Assembly: GCA_963744905.1 (NCBI GenBank)
Contig: CAVUUV010000004.1
Coordinates: 102,360-166,359 of the forward strand
From: an uncultured Acidimicrobiia bacterium
GTDB lineage: Bacteria; Actinomycetota; Acidimicrobiia; Spongiisociales; ZC4RG35
Length of the DNA stretch: 64,000 nt
Reading direction: 5' to 3'
The translations under genes and the position numbers were made by a program. Every line of letters starts with the position of its first letter. Within the stretch, counting starts at the first letter, position 1. Positions 9,044 to 18,292 of the stretch are shown here, piece by piece. The notes beneath the pieces are model-generated. The model was not told the DNA's origin and ran no database searches. It saw only the letters and a program-made list of their open reading frames with translations.

Positions 9044-10264
9044 TCAGGCCACCCGCCACACCCGCCACAGAGCGGAGGGGTCCTGAAGGGGATTGCCGTG
9101 GACCAGGAAGAAGTCCGCCGGGCCTCCGACGGTGATCCGCCCTGCCGTCTCCTCGCCCAACAGCTCGCCCCCTATCCAGGTGGCGGCGGCCAGGGCCCGC
9201 CACGGCTCCAGCCCCGCTTCGACCAGACACTCCACCTCCCAGGCCATGTGGTTGGCCCGCAATGAGCCGCCACCGAAATCGGTGCCCGCCGCCATCTTCA
9301 CCCCTGCCTGCGACGCCAGGGCGACACTGTGGAAGGCCCGCTCCTTGCGCTCGGCCAGAGCCGCCCGCCCCTCCGGCGAGGCGAAGCGGTCGATGTTGGT
9401 AGTGGAGGAGAACGTCTCCCACGATGCCATCACCCCCAGGGTGGGGACCAGGTAGGTGCCACGGCGAGCCATGTCGTGGGCCAGGTCGGCGTCGAGGGTG
9501 GTGCCGTGCTCGATGCAGTGCACCCCGCCTTCCACGGCTGCCCGGGCCCCCGGCAACACGGTGGCGTGAGCGGTCACCACCAGCCCGTACTTTGACGCGG
9601 CTGCAACCGCCTGGGCCACCTCTGCCGACGTCCACGGTGAGGTATCCCGATCCGGACCGTCGAGGTACAGCTTGATCAGGTCGGCGCCATCGGCGGCCTG
9701 TTTCTGCACCGCCGCCACCAGCTCGTCTGCGTCTGACGCCTCGACGCTTAGGTCGGCCGGCAAGGTCTCGGCCTTGGATATCCAGGTCCCCGCCGCCCGA
9801 ATGTAGGGGCGGTCGGCCCGGCCCACCCACGAATCCCTCACCTGCAGAGCGAGGGCCCTTCCATCCCGCTGCGGCGATCCTACGTCACGGAACCAGCGAG
9901 TTCCGGCCCGACGGGCGATTTCGCCGTTGTGCTCGGCTACCGCCAACAGCTCCTCGCCCGGGTCTGCGCCCCGAGCGATCCAGTGCGACCCACCGGGGAG
10001 AACGGTGTGGCTGTGGGCGTCGACCATCCCCGGTACCGCCGTCGCCCCCCCGGCGTCGATGATCCGGGTGGCTTCGCCCGGGTCCTCAGCCTCGGGGTCG
10101 GGTCCGACCCACCCGACGTGATCGTCTCTAACCAGGATCGACTGGTCCAGGATCAAGGCCGGACCGGTTCCGTCGGCTATGGCGGCATTGCGGTAGAGGG
10201 TGTCCATCTCGGCGAGTGTAAGGGTTGAGCCCCTGACCAGTCCTCGGGCCTCCACCTGCCGCAA
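9044..10264 (-). CDS. Amidohydrolase-family metal-dependent hydrolase
   Basis: The N-terminal metal-binding motif …DAHSHT… (the HxH of the amidohydrolase superfamily) is present, and the length is about 400 aa. An internal start at the Met 19 residues in is possible. Confidence 0.75.
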   Translation of the reverse strand: MRQVEARGLVRGSTLTLAEMDTLYRNAAIADGTGPALILDQSILVRDDHVGWVGPDPEAEDPGEATRIIDAGGATAVPGMVDAHSHTVLPGGSHWIARGADPGEELLAVAEHNGEIARRAGTRWFRDVGSPQRDGRALALQVRDSWVGRADRPYIRAAGTWISKAETLPADLSVEASDADELVAAVQKQAADGADLIKLYLDGPDRDTSPWTSAEVAQAVAAASKYGLVVTAHATVLPGARAAVEGGVHCIEHGTTLDADLAHDMARRGTYLVPTLGVMASWETFSSTTNIDRFASPEGRAALAERKERAFHSVALASQAGVKMAAGTDFGGGSLRANHMAWEVECLVEAGLEPWRALAAATWIGGELLGEETAGRITVGGPADFFLVHGNPLQDPSALWRVWRVA

Positions 10265-10293
10265 TCCCGGCGGAGGATTTGTAGGCTCCCGCT

Positions 10294-10752
10294 GTGACAG
10301 AACCTCCCAGCGGCACCGTCTCGTTCCTCTTCACCGATGTGGCCGGATCGACCCGCCTGTGGGACTCCGACCGCCGGGGAATGGCCGAGAGCCTGGCCGT
10401 CCACGACCGAATCGTGCAAGCGGCAATCGCCGACTACGGAGGCTACGTGTTCTCCACCGCCGGCGATTCATTCGGAGCCGCCTTCCCGACTGCCTCGGCC
10501 GCCGTGGAGGCGGCTCTCCAGGCTCAGCTGGCTCTGGTCGCCGAGCCGTGGATCGGACCCACGATCCGGGTTCGGATGGGCATCCACACCGGCACCTCAC
10601 AGGAGCGAGCCGCCAACTACTTCGGGCCCGAGGTCAACCGGGCGGCGAGGATAATGAGCGCTGCCAACGGCGGCCAGGTGCTGGTATCGGCCGTCACCGC
10701 CCAGCTGCTGGCCGGTTCGGGGAACGGCGTCCTACACCCTGGTCGATCGTGA
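10294..10752 (+). CDS. Adenylate/guanylate cyclase catalytic domain (N-terminal part of a cyclase–ATPase–TPR regulator; frame broken near 10735)
   Basis: FLFTDVAGSTRLW … GDSFGAAF … RVRMGIHTG… are class III cyclase motifs. The canonical C-terminal cyclase motif LVDRDLHDLKDLDRPEHLFEL continues in the frame of the next ORF. Confidence 0.75.
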   Translation: MTEPPSGTVSFLFTDVAGSTRLWDSDRRGMAESLAVHDRIVQAAIADYGGYVFSTAGDSFGAAFPTASAAVEAALQAQLALVAEPWIGPTIRVRMGIHTGTSQERAANYFGPEVNRAARIMSAANGGQVLVSAVTAQLLAGSGNGVLHPGRS

Positions 10753-10822
10753 CCTCCACGACCTGAAGGATCTCGACCGTCCGGAGCACCTATTCGAGCT
10801 GACCCACCCCGATCTGCCGGTC

Positions 10823-13177
10823 GTGACCGAGCCCATCCACACCGCCGACGTGACTCGCAACCACCTACCCGCACAGCTGACGTCGTTCGTCGGCCGTCGC
10901 CGGGAGCTCGATGCGATCGCTGCCCTGATCGAAGACTCCAGGCTGGTCACGTTGACGGGAGTGGGCGGAACCGGAAAGACCCGTCTGGCCGTGGAGGCCG
11001 CCTCCCGGGCGGAGGAGGACTACCCCGACGGTGTATGGATGGTGGAACTCGCCCCCGTCGCCGACCCCGCCCTGGTGGTCGGGGAGGTGGCGGACCTGTG
11101 GGGTCTACGGGCCGGTGAGGGGGTGGATCTGATCAGGGTGGTCAAGTCACACGTGGCCCGACAGACAATGCTGTTGGTGGTCGACAACTGCGAGCACGTG
11201 CTGGAGTCGGCCGCCGACCTGGTGGCCCAGCTGCTGGCCGCCGCTCCGGGTCTGACGGTCATCGCCACCTCGCGAGAATCGCTGGGGATAGGCGGAGAGG
11301 CCGTGTACCGGGTGCCATCCCTGGGCCTACCCGAGCGGTCGTCGGGGGCCGATGCATCCGACGCCGTGCAACTCTTCCTGGACCGGGCCGCTCACAAGGG
11401 AGGCGACGACATCCCGGCCACGGAGATGGAGGCGGTGGTGAGAATCTGTCGCCGCCTGGACGGGATTCCTCTCGGTATCGAGCTGGCCGCCGCCCGTCTC
11501 CGCACTCTCAGTGCCACGGAGCTGGCTGACCGTCTCGACGCTTCTTTCCGCATCCTGACCGGCGCCTCCAAGACGGCGGTGTCCCGCCAACGCACCCTTC
11601 AGACCGCAATCGACTGGTCCTACGATCTTCTCGGCGAGGAGACCGCGGCCGTGTTCCGCCGCCTATCCGTCTTCGCAGGTGGCTTCGACCTGGCCGCGGC
11701 CGAAGCGGTGGGCGTCGACGAGGCGATCCAGGACTGGCAGGTGCTCGACCACATCGACCAGCTGGTCGACAAGTCCTTGATCGTCGCCGCCCACCACGGG
11801 GGACAAACCAGATTCCGGATGCTCGAGCCGATCCGCCAGTACGGCCAGGAGCGGCTGGCGGCCGCCGGCGAGGCCGACGCCGTATATGAGGCCCATGCTC
11901 GACACTATGCCGGATATGTGGCCGAGGTGGCCCCGGGCCTCCGGAGCCGGGAACAGCGCCGTGCCAATGACGAATTGCTGGCCGAGTGGGACAACATCCG
12001 TCTCGCCCTGGCCACGCTCCAGGATAAGGGTCGCGCCGATCTGCTCTTGTTGACCTGCTTCGACCTGACCTGGTTCTTCAACCAATCCAGCCTTCTCGTG
12101 GAGGGACGTGAGCTGGTTCTGTCCGCTCTGCAGTCGGTGGGGAACGAGGCTTCTGACGAGGCGGCGGCCCGAGCCTGGTGGGAGGCGGCAATACTGGCCA
12201 CCTTCCTCACCGATCCCCGAGGGATCGACTATGCGGAGAGAGGGCTGGAACGGGCTCGTGCCGGCGGTCTACCCGGCCTGGAGGGCTGGTTGAGCGCCGC
12301 CCGGGGTATGACCGCACGGCTTCTCGATCCCGGCCGGGTGGATGACAGGGACTGGCTGGCCGAGGGAGTCCGTCTGGTCAATGAGAGTCCCGGCCTGCCG
12401 CTGTTCGATGGGGCGTGGGATGACGTCTTCTTGGATTTCATGGTGCTCTTCGCCGGGGGCTCGCCTGAGGGGGTAGAAGGCCCAGACACCCTCCCCCGCC
12501 AGAGGGCGATGAGTCCCGGCGCGGACGCGGGCCATTTCCTCGACTCCCTGGTGAGCCGGGCCATGACCGTGGGCGACCTGAACATGGCCGCCAACGTCAT
12601 GACCCTGGCAACATCGGTTCCCGACCAAGACGATTGGGTACTCGAACAGCTCCACCGCAGTGTGGAGATGCTCGAAGAGCTGGACTTTCGTCACGGGCTG
12701 GGCCATTCCCTGTTCTACCTGGGCGTGGAGACCCAGGACCGGGGAGTCGGCGATGGGATCGATGACCTGGCTCGGGCCTCGCAGATGCTGGCCGAACTGG
12801 GGGACCTGCCCTGTTCGACCTGGTCCGCCGCCCGGCTGATCCGCGCCTTGCTGGACTCCGATGAGCTCGACGAGGCGGGACGGTACCTGGCCGGCTCGGT
12901 GGGGAGGTTGATCGATTTCGAGCGTGAGATCCCCTCCGATCTTCCGGCACTGGCCTGCCGTTATGCGGTGGCTCGCGGAGACAACATCACGGCCGCCCGG
13001 GCGCTCGGCCACCATCTGGCTCATCACGCCGACAGTGACGATGAGGCTGCCCGCTGTCTGGAGAGGTTGGAAAGCATCCTCGACGTGGGGGAACTAGAGA
13101 GGCGAATGGCTGAGGGGGCCGCCACATCCCCGTCCGAGGTGCTGGCCTGGATCCAGCAGGCGGTGGCGACCGCCTGA
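10823..13177 (+). CDS. NB-ARC/AAA ATPase + TPR regulatory protein (C-terminal part of a cyclase–ATPase–TPR regulator)
   Basis: A Walker A motif (LTGVGGTGKTRLA) is present. The protein has 784 aa and a TPR-like C-terminal half. This architecture is typical of the large actinobacterial cyclase/ATPase/TPR regulators. Confidence 0.8.
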   Translation: MTEPIHTADVTRNHLPAQLTSFVGRRRELDAIAALIEDSRLVTLTGVGGTGKTRLAVEAASRAEEDYPDGVWMVELAPVADPALVVGEVADLWGLRAGEGVDLIRVVKSHVARQTMLLVVDNCEHVLESAADLVAQLLAAAPGLTVIATSRESLGIGGEAVYRVPSLGLPERSSGADASDAVQLFLDRAAHKGGDDIPATEMEAVVRICRRLDGIPLGIELAAARLRTLSATELADRLDASFRILTGASKTAVSRQRTLQTAIDWSYDLLGEETAAVFRRLSVFAGGFDLAAAEAVGVDEAIQDWQVLDHIDQLVDKSLIVAAHHGGQTRFRMLEPIRQYGQERLAAAGEADAVYEAHARHYAGYVAEVAPGLRSREQRRANDELLAEWDNIRLALATLQDKGRADLLLLTCFDLTWFFNQSSLLVEGRELVLSALQSVGNEASDEAAARAWWEAAILATFLTDPRGIDYAERGLERARAGGLPGLEGWLSAARGMTARLLDPGRVDDRDWLAEGVRLVNESPGLPLFDGAWDDVFLDFMVLFAGGSPEGVEGPDTLPRQRAMSPGADAGHFLDSLVSRAMTVGDLNMAANVMTLATSVPDQDDWVLEQLHRSVEMLEELDFRHGLGHSLFYLGVETQDRGVGDGIDDLARASQMLAELGDLPCSTWSAARLIRALLDSDELDEAGRYLAGSVGRLIDFEREIPSDLPALACRYAVARGDNITAARALGHHLAHHADSDDEAARCLERLESILDVGELERRMAEGAATSPSEVLAWIQQAVATA

Positions 13178-13209
13178 GGCGAAGGGAGCCGCGATACCCT
13201 CACGTCGGT

Positions 13210-13617
13210 ATGGAGGCACTTGCCACCTTCGAGCTCTCCGAACAGCGCCAGGTCCCAACAGCCGACGACGTCGACTCGGTGGTCGACGTCTGCCTCTCCC
13301 ACAGTGCCTTCACCAAGACGTTCCGGGGTGACCTGGACGGATCGAGTGTCACCGAGATGCTGGCTGCCCGCTCCCCCGGAGGAGCCGGATACGTGGCGAT
13401 GGAACGCATCGTCGGCCGCCTGGGCGATCGGGTGGGGACCTTCGTCCTGTTGCACCTGGGAACCCTCGACGGAGAGGGCGAGCCCGCTGGTCACTGGCCG
13501 ATCGTGCCGGGATCCGGAACCGGTGAGCTGGAGGGAATCAGCGGCCACGCCCACATCGGCGCCGACGACGACGGAACCCACCGCATCCAGCTTCATTACG
13601 AGCTGGGGGCCCTCTGA
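13210..13617 (+). CDS. DUF3224 domain protein
   Basis: 135 aa. The …VPGSGTGELEGISGHA… region matches DUF3224 family proteins. Confidence 0.65.
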   Translation: MEALATFELSEQRQVPTADDVDSVVDVCLSHSAFTKTFRGDLDGSSVTEMLAARSPGGAGYVAMERIVGRLGDRVGTFVLLHLGTLDGEGEPAGHWPIVPGSGTGELEGISGHAHIGADDDGTHRIQLHYELGAL

Positions 13618-13621
13618 CAGA

Positions 13622-13743
13622 CTCTGTGAACCCTTTCTTGGCAACGGGCGGAGATTCGGTTCACAATGAGAGCCGTCCCAGCGCAAACCGTTCTCTCTGT
13701 GAACCCTTTCTCGGCCACCGGCGGAGATTCCGTTCACAGAGAG
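13622..13743. repeat. Repeat family A, tandem copies 1 and 2 (CTGTGAACC-N26-GGTTCACAG hairpin elements)
   Basis: Two roughly 46 bp units (13622–13667 and 13693–13743) are present. Both the stem sequences (9–10 bp) and the loop sequence (CTTTCTYGGC…GGAGATTC) are conserved. Confidence 0.6.
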
Positions 13744-13745
13744 TG

Positions 13746-14192
13746 CTACTCCGACCGAGACGCGTACCTGAAGGTCGTGAAGGGCCATTGCCGCTGGAGC
13801 CATTCGGTCACGGCTCTCCAGACAACGACGTCCAACTCGGCGCGGCTCTTGGTGACCCATGAGCTGACATAGGCCTCGGTGTCGCCGTTTCGATCGGGAT
13901 AGATGTACAGGCACCCGATCACCTCGTCGCCATCCAGGATCGAGTACGTGAAACCCCGGCCCTCCTCGAAATCCCGGGCATGCCCGTCCAGGTCTTCCAG
14001 GTTTTCCTCCAGCGTCATCGGGTGAGGCCAATTGCCCCATTCGCCCGGGGTCGAATGGATGTGATCCATGCTCGAGGTCCAGGCGGCATAGTCCCGCTCG
14101 TTGTGGACCGATCCGAGCGGCTCCAGGCGAAAGCCGGGCCCGTCGAAGCTCGTGGGCGGGTCGAAGTCGTCAGGAACCAAGCTCGAGGGCAT
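13746..14192 (-). CDS. GNAT-family N-acetyltransferase
   Basis: 148 aa. A …FTYSILDGDEVIGCLYIYP… acetyl-CoA-binding core is present. The gene is flanked by family A repeats. Confidence 0.7.
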   Translation of the reverse strand: MPSSLVPDDFDPPTSFDGPGFRLEPLGSVHNERDYAAWTSSMDHIHSTPGEWGNWPHPMTLEENLEDLDGHARDFEEGRGFTYSILDGDEVIGCLYIYPDRNGDTEAYVSSWVTKSRAELDVVVWRAVTEWLQRQWPFTTFRYASRSE

Positions 14193-14244
14193 GCCGGGGA
14201 GAGCTTACGCCCGAGCCCGGATGTCCCTGATGTTCCCGCAGGCG

Positions 14245-14291
14245 GACTGTGAACCATTTCTGGGCGTAGGCCCCAGATTCCGTTCACAGAC
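14245..14291. repeat. Repeat family A, copy 3
   Basis: CTGTGAACCATTTCTGGGCGTAGGCCCCAGATTCCGTTCACAG has the same stem and loop signature as the copies at 13622–13743. Confidence 0.6.
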
Positions 14292-14350
14292 CTGGCTCCT
14301 TCCCACCACCCCCTCCGGCTAAATGCCGTGGCCAGCAGCTGGAGGGCAAG

Positions 14351-15121
14351 ATGTGGATGGAATGCTTCGCCGGTGACGCCCGGATCGAAGCCGACGACGC
14401 CGAGACGATCGCCGAACGATTCCTCGCCCACGCCCGGCAGAATCACGACTGGTCGTACCCGGAAGAGGCACTCCGCAACTACGCCCGCAACTACGCCGAG
14501 GCGAACGGGCGGCTCACGGGGGGTACGGAGCGTCTGCCCGAGATAGGGGAGGTGACCGTCTATCCGGTGACCGAGGATCGTATCGATGATTGGCTCAATT
14601 TCTTCGACCACGACGGCTTCGCCGGCAATCCGGACTGGGCTTCGTGCTACTGCCTCGAGCCCCACGTCCCACCCACCGACGAGGAGCCTGAGCGACCTTG
14701 GCGCCAGGTCCGGTCGGCCATGGTCGACCGGTTCCGCACGGGCGGCACCTACGGGTACCTCGCCTACGTCGACGAGAACCCGGTGGGGTGGGTCAACGCC
14801 TCACGGCGGGACGACTACGGCTTCTTCCGGTCGGTGGATCCCGACGGACCCGAACCGGCATCGGTCATCGGCGTGTCCTGCTTCGTAGTCGCGCCTCCAT
14901 ATCGGAGACATGGAGTCGCCGGAGCGCTCCTGGACAGGGTTATCGCCGACGCCTCTGGTCGAGGAGCCGAATGGATCGAGGGCTACCCGCACAATTCTCC
15001 TGACAGTGGCGACCCGGGCCATTTCCGCGGGCCGCGGCACCTCTACGACGCCCGCGGATTTGAACCGGTCGAGCAGCGCGAGCGCGACACGGTCATGCGC
15101 CGCCCGGCGCCCACGGGCTGA
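14351..15121 (+). CDS. GNAT-family acetyltransferase with N-terminal extension
   Basis: The C-terminal 150 aa form a GNAT fold (…VIGVSCFVVAPPYRRHGVAGALL…). Confidence 0.65.
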   Translation: MWMECFAGDARIEADDAETIAERFLAHARQNHDWSYPEEALRNYARNYAEANGRLTGGTERLPEIGEVTVYPVTEDRIDDWLNFFDHDGFAGNPDWASCYCLEPHVPPTDEEPERPWRQVRSAMVDRFRTGGTYGYLAYVDENPVGWVNASRRDDYGFFRSVDPDGPEPASVIGVSCFVVAPPYRRHGVAGALLDRVIADASGRGAEWIEGYPHNSPDSGDPGHFRGPRHLYDARGFEPVEQRERDTVMRRPAPTG

Positions 15122-15611
15122 CCTCACCGCCAACCCAGACCATCTCGCCGTCTTCGTCGTAACGGTCGCTGGGTCTGAGCCCGAGGTGGACCGCCACGTG
15201 CTGGGATGCAACATGGTCAGGATGGATGTGGGCAGAGAAGCGCGCCACACCGAGCTCGACCAGAAAGGTTCGCATGGCGGAGACAGCTTCGGTGGCGAAC
15301 CCGCGTCCCTGCCAAGGAACCCCGATCACCCACCCCAGGTCGGCGTCTGCGCCGCGCACGGTGGCCTGCACATATCCGATCGGCGTTCCGTCCTGGCGGA
15401 TCACCCAGTTGAGCCAGGTCTCGGCGGGGCGGGCCGAACCGGCCACTTGATGACGGTACAGATCTTCCAACTGCTCCCGAGTAGGAGGCTCGCCTCCGGT
15501 GAACGTGTACAGACCTGGATCGGCCAGGACGCCCCACATCTCCGTGGCGTCACTCACGGCCAATGGTGTCAGAGTGAGACGGGCACTGCGAAGCACATCG
15601 CTCGGAGCCAT
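15093..15611 (-). CDS. GNAT-family N-acetyltransferase (RimJ/RimL-like)
   Basis: The WVIGVPWQGRGFATEAV motif is present. It overlaps the convergent previous gene by 29 nt. Confidence 0.7.
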   Translation of the reverse strand: MAPSDVLRSARLTLTPLAVSDATEMWGVLADPGLYTFTGGEPPTREQLEDLYRHQVAGSARPAETWLNWVIRQDGTPIGYVQATVRGADADLGWVIGVPWQGRGFATEAVSAMRTFLVELGVARFSAHIHPDHVASQHVAVHLGLRPSDRYDEDGEMVWVGGEVSPWAPGGA

Positions 15612-15649
15612 CCCTCAATTATGGGCGTAATCGAGCCGGTCGCGCGGCC

Positions 15650-16126
15650 CTACGGCACGGGGACGATGGCGATGTGTATCACCGCGATGTGAGGGATGAT
15701 CCGGGCGATCTTCTCCTTTGTCCTCTCTTCTCGCGCCAGGCCGTAGGCCTTGGCATCCACCGGGCGCTTGGCCAGATAATCGGTCATGAACTCGAGCGTG
15801 TTGGTGTCGTCCGTCTCGAGTTCCGCCTTGCCGGTGTAAACCCGGCCGGCCAGTCTCAGCTCTACCTCAATCGGGGACTCGAAGTTGTGCCACCATTTCC
15901 GTTGACGTTTGGTGATGACGGTCACCACGTCGCCTTGCCGGTCGTAGCTGACGGGAATCGTGTAGGGCTTTCCCGTCTTGCGGCCCTCGAAGCTGAGCAG
16001 CGCCACTCCCTTTCCGATCAGACTCTCGAGGCCGGGGGTGGTGAGCGCCCACTTCATCCATCGGTTGGCCCACTCAGGCGGCTTGTCCTGAGGGATCCGA
16101 ACCTCTCCGGTGGGAGAACTCGTCAT
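15650..16126 (-). CDS. Nitroreductase-family deazaflavin(F420)-dependent oxidoreductase-like (DUF385)
   Basis: …LLSFEGRKTGKPYTIPVSYDRQGDVVTVI… matches the conserved DUF385/split-barrel core. Confidence 0.55.
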   Translation of the reverse strand: MTSSPTGEVRIPQDKPPEWANRWMKWALTTPGLESLIGKGVALLSFEGRKTGKPYTIPVSYDRQGDVVTVITKRQRKWWHNFESPIEVELRLAGRVYTGKAELETDDTNTLEFMTDYLAKRPVDAKAYGLAREERTKEKIARIIPHIAVIHIAIVPVP

Positions 16127-16218
16127 CGAATACCTCCATTACTAGACCCTTCTTCCACCTCATCATTTGACCGCACCCGTCTCGCGACTAGAGGCGAAGG
16201 TAACGAAAACGGGCCGCC

Positions 16219-17427
16219 TCAGGCCTGGTGCTGGTATCTCCTCAGGAATCGATGGGCCGATGCCAGAGAAGGTGCCTGAGACCGGGTGGCGGGGACCTGA
16301 ATCAGACCGGCGGTTGCGAACAGGAGACCGAACCCCAACCCGATTCCCACGAAGCCCCACTGGTCGAGGAGGATCCCCCCCAGGCTCGCTCCGAGCAGAT
16401 AACCGAGTTGAGTGGCGCTGGTGCGCAGACTCATCGCCGCCAGGCGCCGGCCGTTCGAGATCCCTAGACCCATCGCCGCGCCGGCGATGGTCCGCCCTCC
16501 ATCGAAAAACACCGCCACGGCGAAGACGACCACCGCGGTCGCCAGGCCGGTGCGGGCGGAAGAGAACACTCCCACCGCGACGGCGGCAGCCAGCGAGAAG
16601 CCCACCAACAGCAGTCCGGTTCCTTTTTCGAGCCAGCGTCGACCCAGGAAGTTGCCCGGCAGGTAGAACACCGCACCCACCCCGAGTATCAAACCGACCT
16701 TGCCCACCCCGAGGTCGTAGGCCTGGATGAAGACCGCTCCGCTGTAAGTCAACGCCCCGCCCCAGGCTGCGAAGGCCAACAACTCGGACGTCGCCCAGCG
16801 TTTGACCCCCGGCTCCTGCCACAGCCCGTAGGGGTCACATCGTTGGCCCTCGTCGCTTATCGAGGTGTCGCGCAACGCCAGAGCAGCCAGGGCAACGAGA
16901 CTCGACGCCAGGGGCATCACGACCCAGGCCCAGCGCCAACTGCCCTGGGACACCAGCCCGACTATGGGTTGTCCGACCACCCACGCCACGGGCTGACCGA
17001 TCAACGCCCACGACAGAACCCGGGAAGCCTGCCCATCCGCCGCCCACACCTCGGAGGCGGCCACCCCACCCGACAACACGGCCGCCAGGCCCAACCCGAT
17101 CACCACGTGGGCCCCGATCATCACCGCGAAGGTCGGGGCGACCGCGCAGGTGAGGGCGGCGACCGCAAACAGGGCCAGCCCCGCATACAGGAGGGTGGAG
17201 AGCCGAAACCGGTTTCCCCTCACCGCCAACACCAGAGCGAACACGGCCGCCGTCACGCCCGACACCGACCTCAATTGGGCAGCCCCCGCCGTGCCCACCC
17301 CGAACTCCTCGGCAATCTGGGGGAGGATCGGGGACAGGACCATGATCGACGCCTGGGCGGCGAACAGGGCCGCGAACAGGACGTAGCCGACCCCCAGGCC
17401 CGACCGTCGTCGTAGTGAAGGGTGCAT
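16219..17427 (-). CDS. MFS transporter
   Basis: 402 aa with 12 predicted TM helices and a typical MFS arrangement. Confidence 0.8.
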   Translation of the reverse strand: MHPSLRRRSGLGVGYVLFAALFAAQASIMVLSPILPQIAEEFGVGTAGAAQLRSVSGVTAAVFALVLAVRGNRFRLSTLLYAGLALFAVAALTCAVAPTFAVMIGAHVVIGLGLAAVLSGGVAASEVWAADGQASRVLSWALIGQPVAWVVGQPIVGLVSQGSWRWAWVVMPLASSLVALAALALRDTSISDEGQRCDPYGLWQEPGVKRWATSELLAFAAWGGALTYSGAVFIQAYDLGVGKVGLILGVGAVFYLPGNFLGRRWLEKGTGLLLVGFSLAAAVAVGVFSSARTGLATAVVVFAVAVFFDGGRTIAGAAMGLGISNGRRLAAMSLRTSATQLGYLLGASLGGILLDQWGFVGIGLGFGLLFATAGLIQVPATRSQAPSLASAHRFLRRYQHQA

Positions 17428-17549
17428 CGGAGAAGCCTACGTCACCACCTACTGCCCACGCCTGCAGAATCCCCGGACATCTATTTCTGGAGCGGTGGAC
17501 CGCCACCCGTGGCTCAAAACGGCCGGGACCTACCAGAATCGAGGGTGCC

Positions 17550-18245
17550 ATGGCTGATCGGCGCTGGCCGCGAGTTGCCCTCTCGATTCTCGGCATCCAC
17601 AACCTGACGCAGAATTCATTTCTAAATGAGCGGGGCTACGTGGCAGGAAATCTCGTGGTGTCGGGGCTGATGATCGGTGTCGGGCGTGCCGCGGGGTTGG
17701 AGTGGGCCGAGATGGGACTCGATCGGGGCGACCTCCGACGCAGTCTGGACGTCGGCGCGATTGCGGCCGGTGCCGGCTCGGCCGCCGCCCTCCTCCTTCT
17801 CGAGAGTCGGCGCGGGCGAAGGTTCCTCCACGACGAGCGGGCAATCGGAACGGGCCACCGGATATGGAGTCGGGCCCTGATTCGATTCCCGATCGGCACG
17901 GCCCTGTTCGAGGAGGTCGCCTTCCGTGGTGTCCTCCCGGGGCTGATTCGGCAGGGTCGGGGGGCGTTCCCGGCCGAGGTCCGTTCTGCTGTGGCTTTCG
18001 GGCTCTGGCACCTGATCCCGACCCGAACGGCCCTGTCGTCCAACCCGGCCGGTCGGGAACTTTCGGTCAAGCAGCGTCTGCTGGTGATCGTCGGTGGGTC
18101 GGCCGGAGCCGGTGTGGCCGGCCTCGTCCTCAGCTGGATGAGGCGATACGCCGGCAGCCTCCTGGCTCCCTGGGTGGCACATTCATCCTTCAATACCCTG
18201 AGCTATCTGGCCGGCGTGGCTGCCGCCAAGCTCTCGTCGAATTAG
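17550..18245 (+). CDS. CPBP-family intramembrane metalloprotease (CAAX protease-like)
   Basis: EEVAFRG and FGLWH motifs sit in TM segments. The chosen start is the ATG at 17550. Confidence 0.65.
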   Translation: MADRRWPRVALSILGIHNLTQNSFLNERGYVAGNLVVSGLMIGVGRAAGLEWAEMGLDRGDLRRSLDVGAIAAGAGSAAALLLLESRRGRRFLHDERAIGTGHRIWSRALIRFPIGTALFEEVAFRGVLPGLIRQGRGAFPAEVRSAVAFGLWHLIPTRTALSSNPAGRELSVKQRLLVIVGGSAGAGVAGLVLSWMRRYAGSLLAPWVAHSSFNTLSYLAGVAAAKLSSN

Positions 18246-18292
18246 GTCGGGCTCGACACGGTTACGCGATTCCCCGTCTCATCGCCGCGAGC

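Noticed and set aside
8127-9830. 567-aa ORF on the minus strand that is rich in Gly/Arg/Pro
   Set aside because: It lies antisense to the YpfJ and amidohydrolase genes. Its low-complexity GR-rich composition is typical of out-of-frame translation of high-GC coding DNA, and it has no motifs.
13620-14292. The idea that the TGTGAACC…GGTTCACA repeats are integron attC sites flanking a GNAT cassette
   Set aside because: The arms do not fit the attC core/inverse-core consensus (GTTRRRY / RYYYAAC). No intI gene or attI is present.
13620-14292. The idea that TGTGA…TCACA represents a CRP/GlxR binding site
   Set aside because: CRP sites have a 6-bp spacer (TGTGA-N6-TCACA). Here the half-sites are ~31 nt apart and form the stem of a hairpin with a conserved loop.
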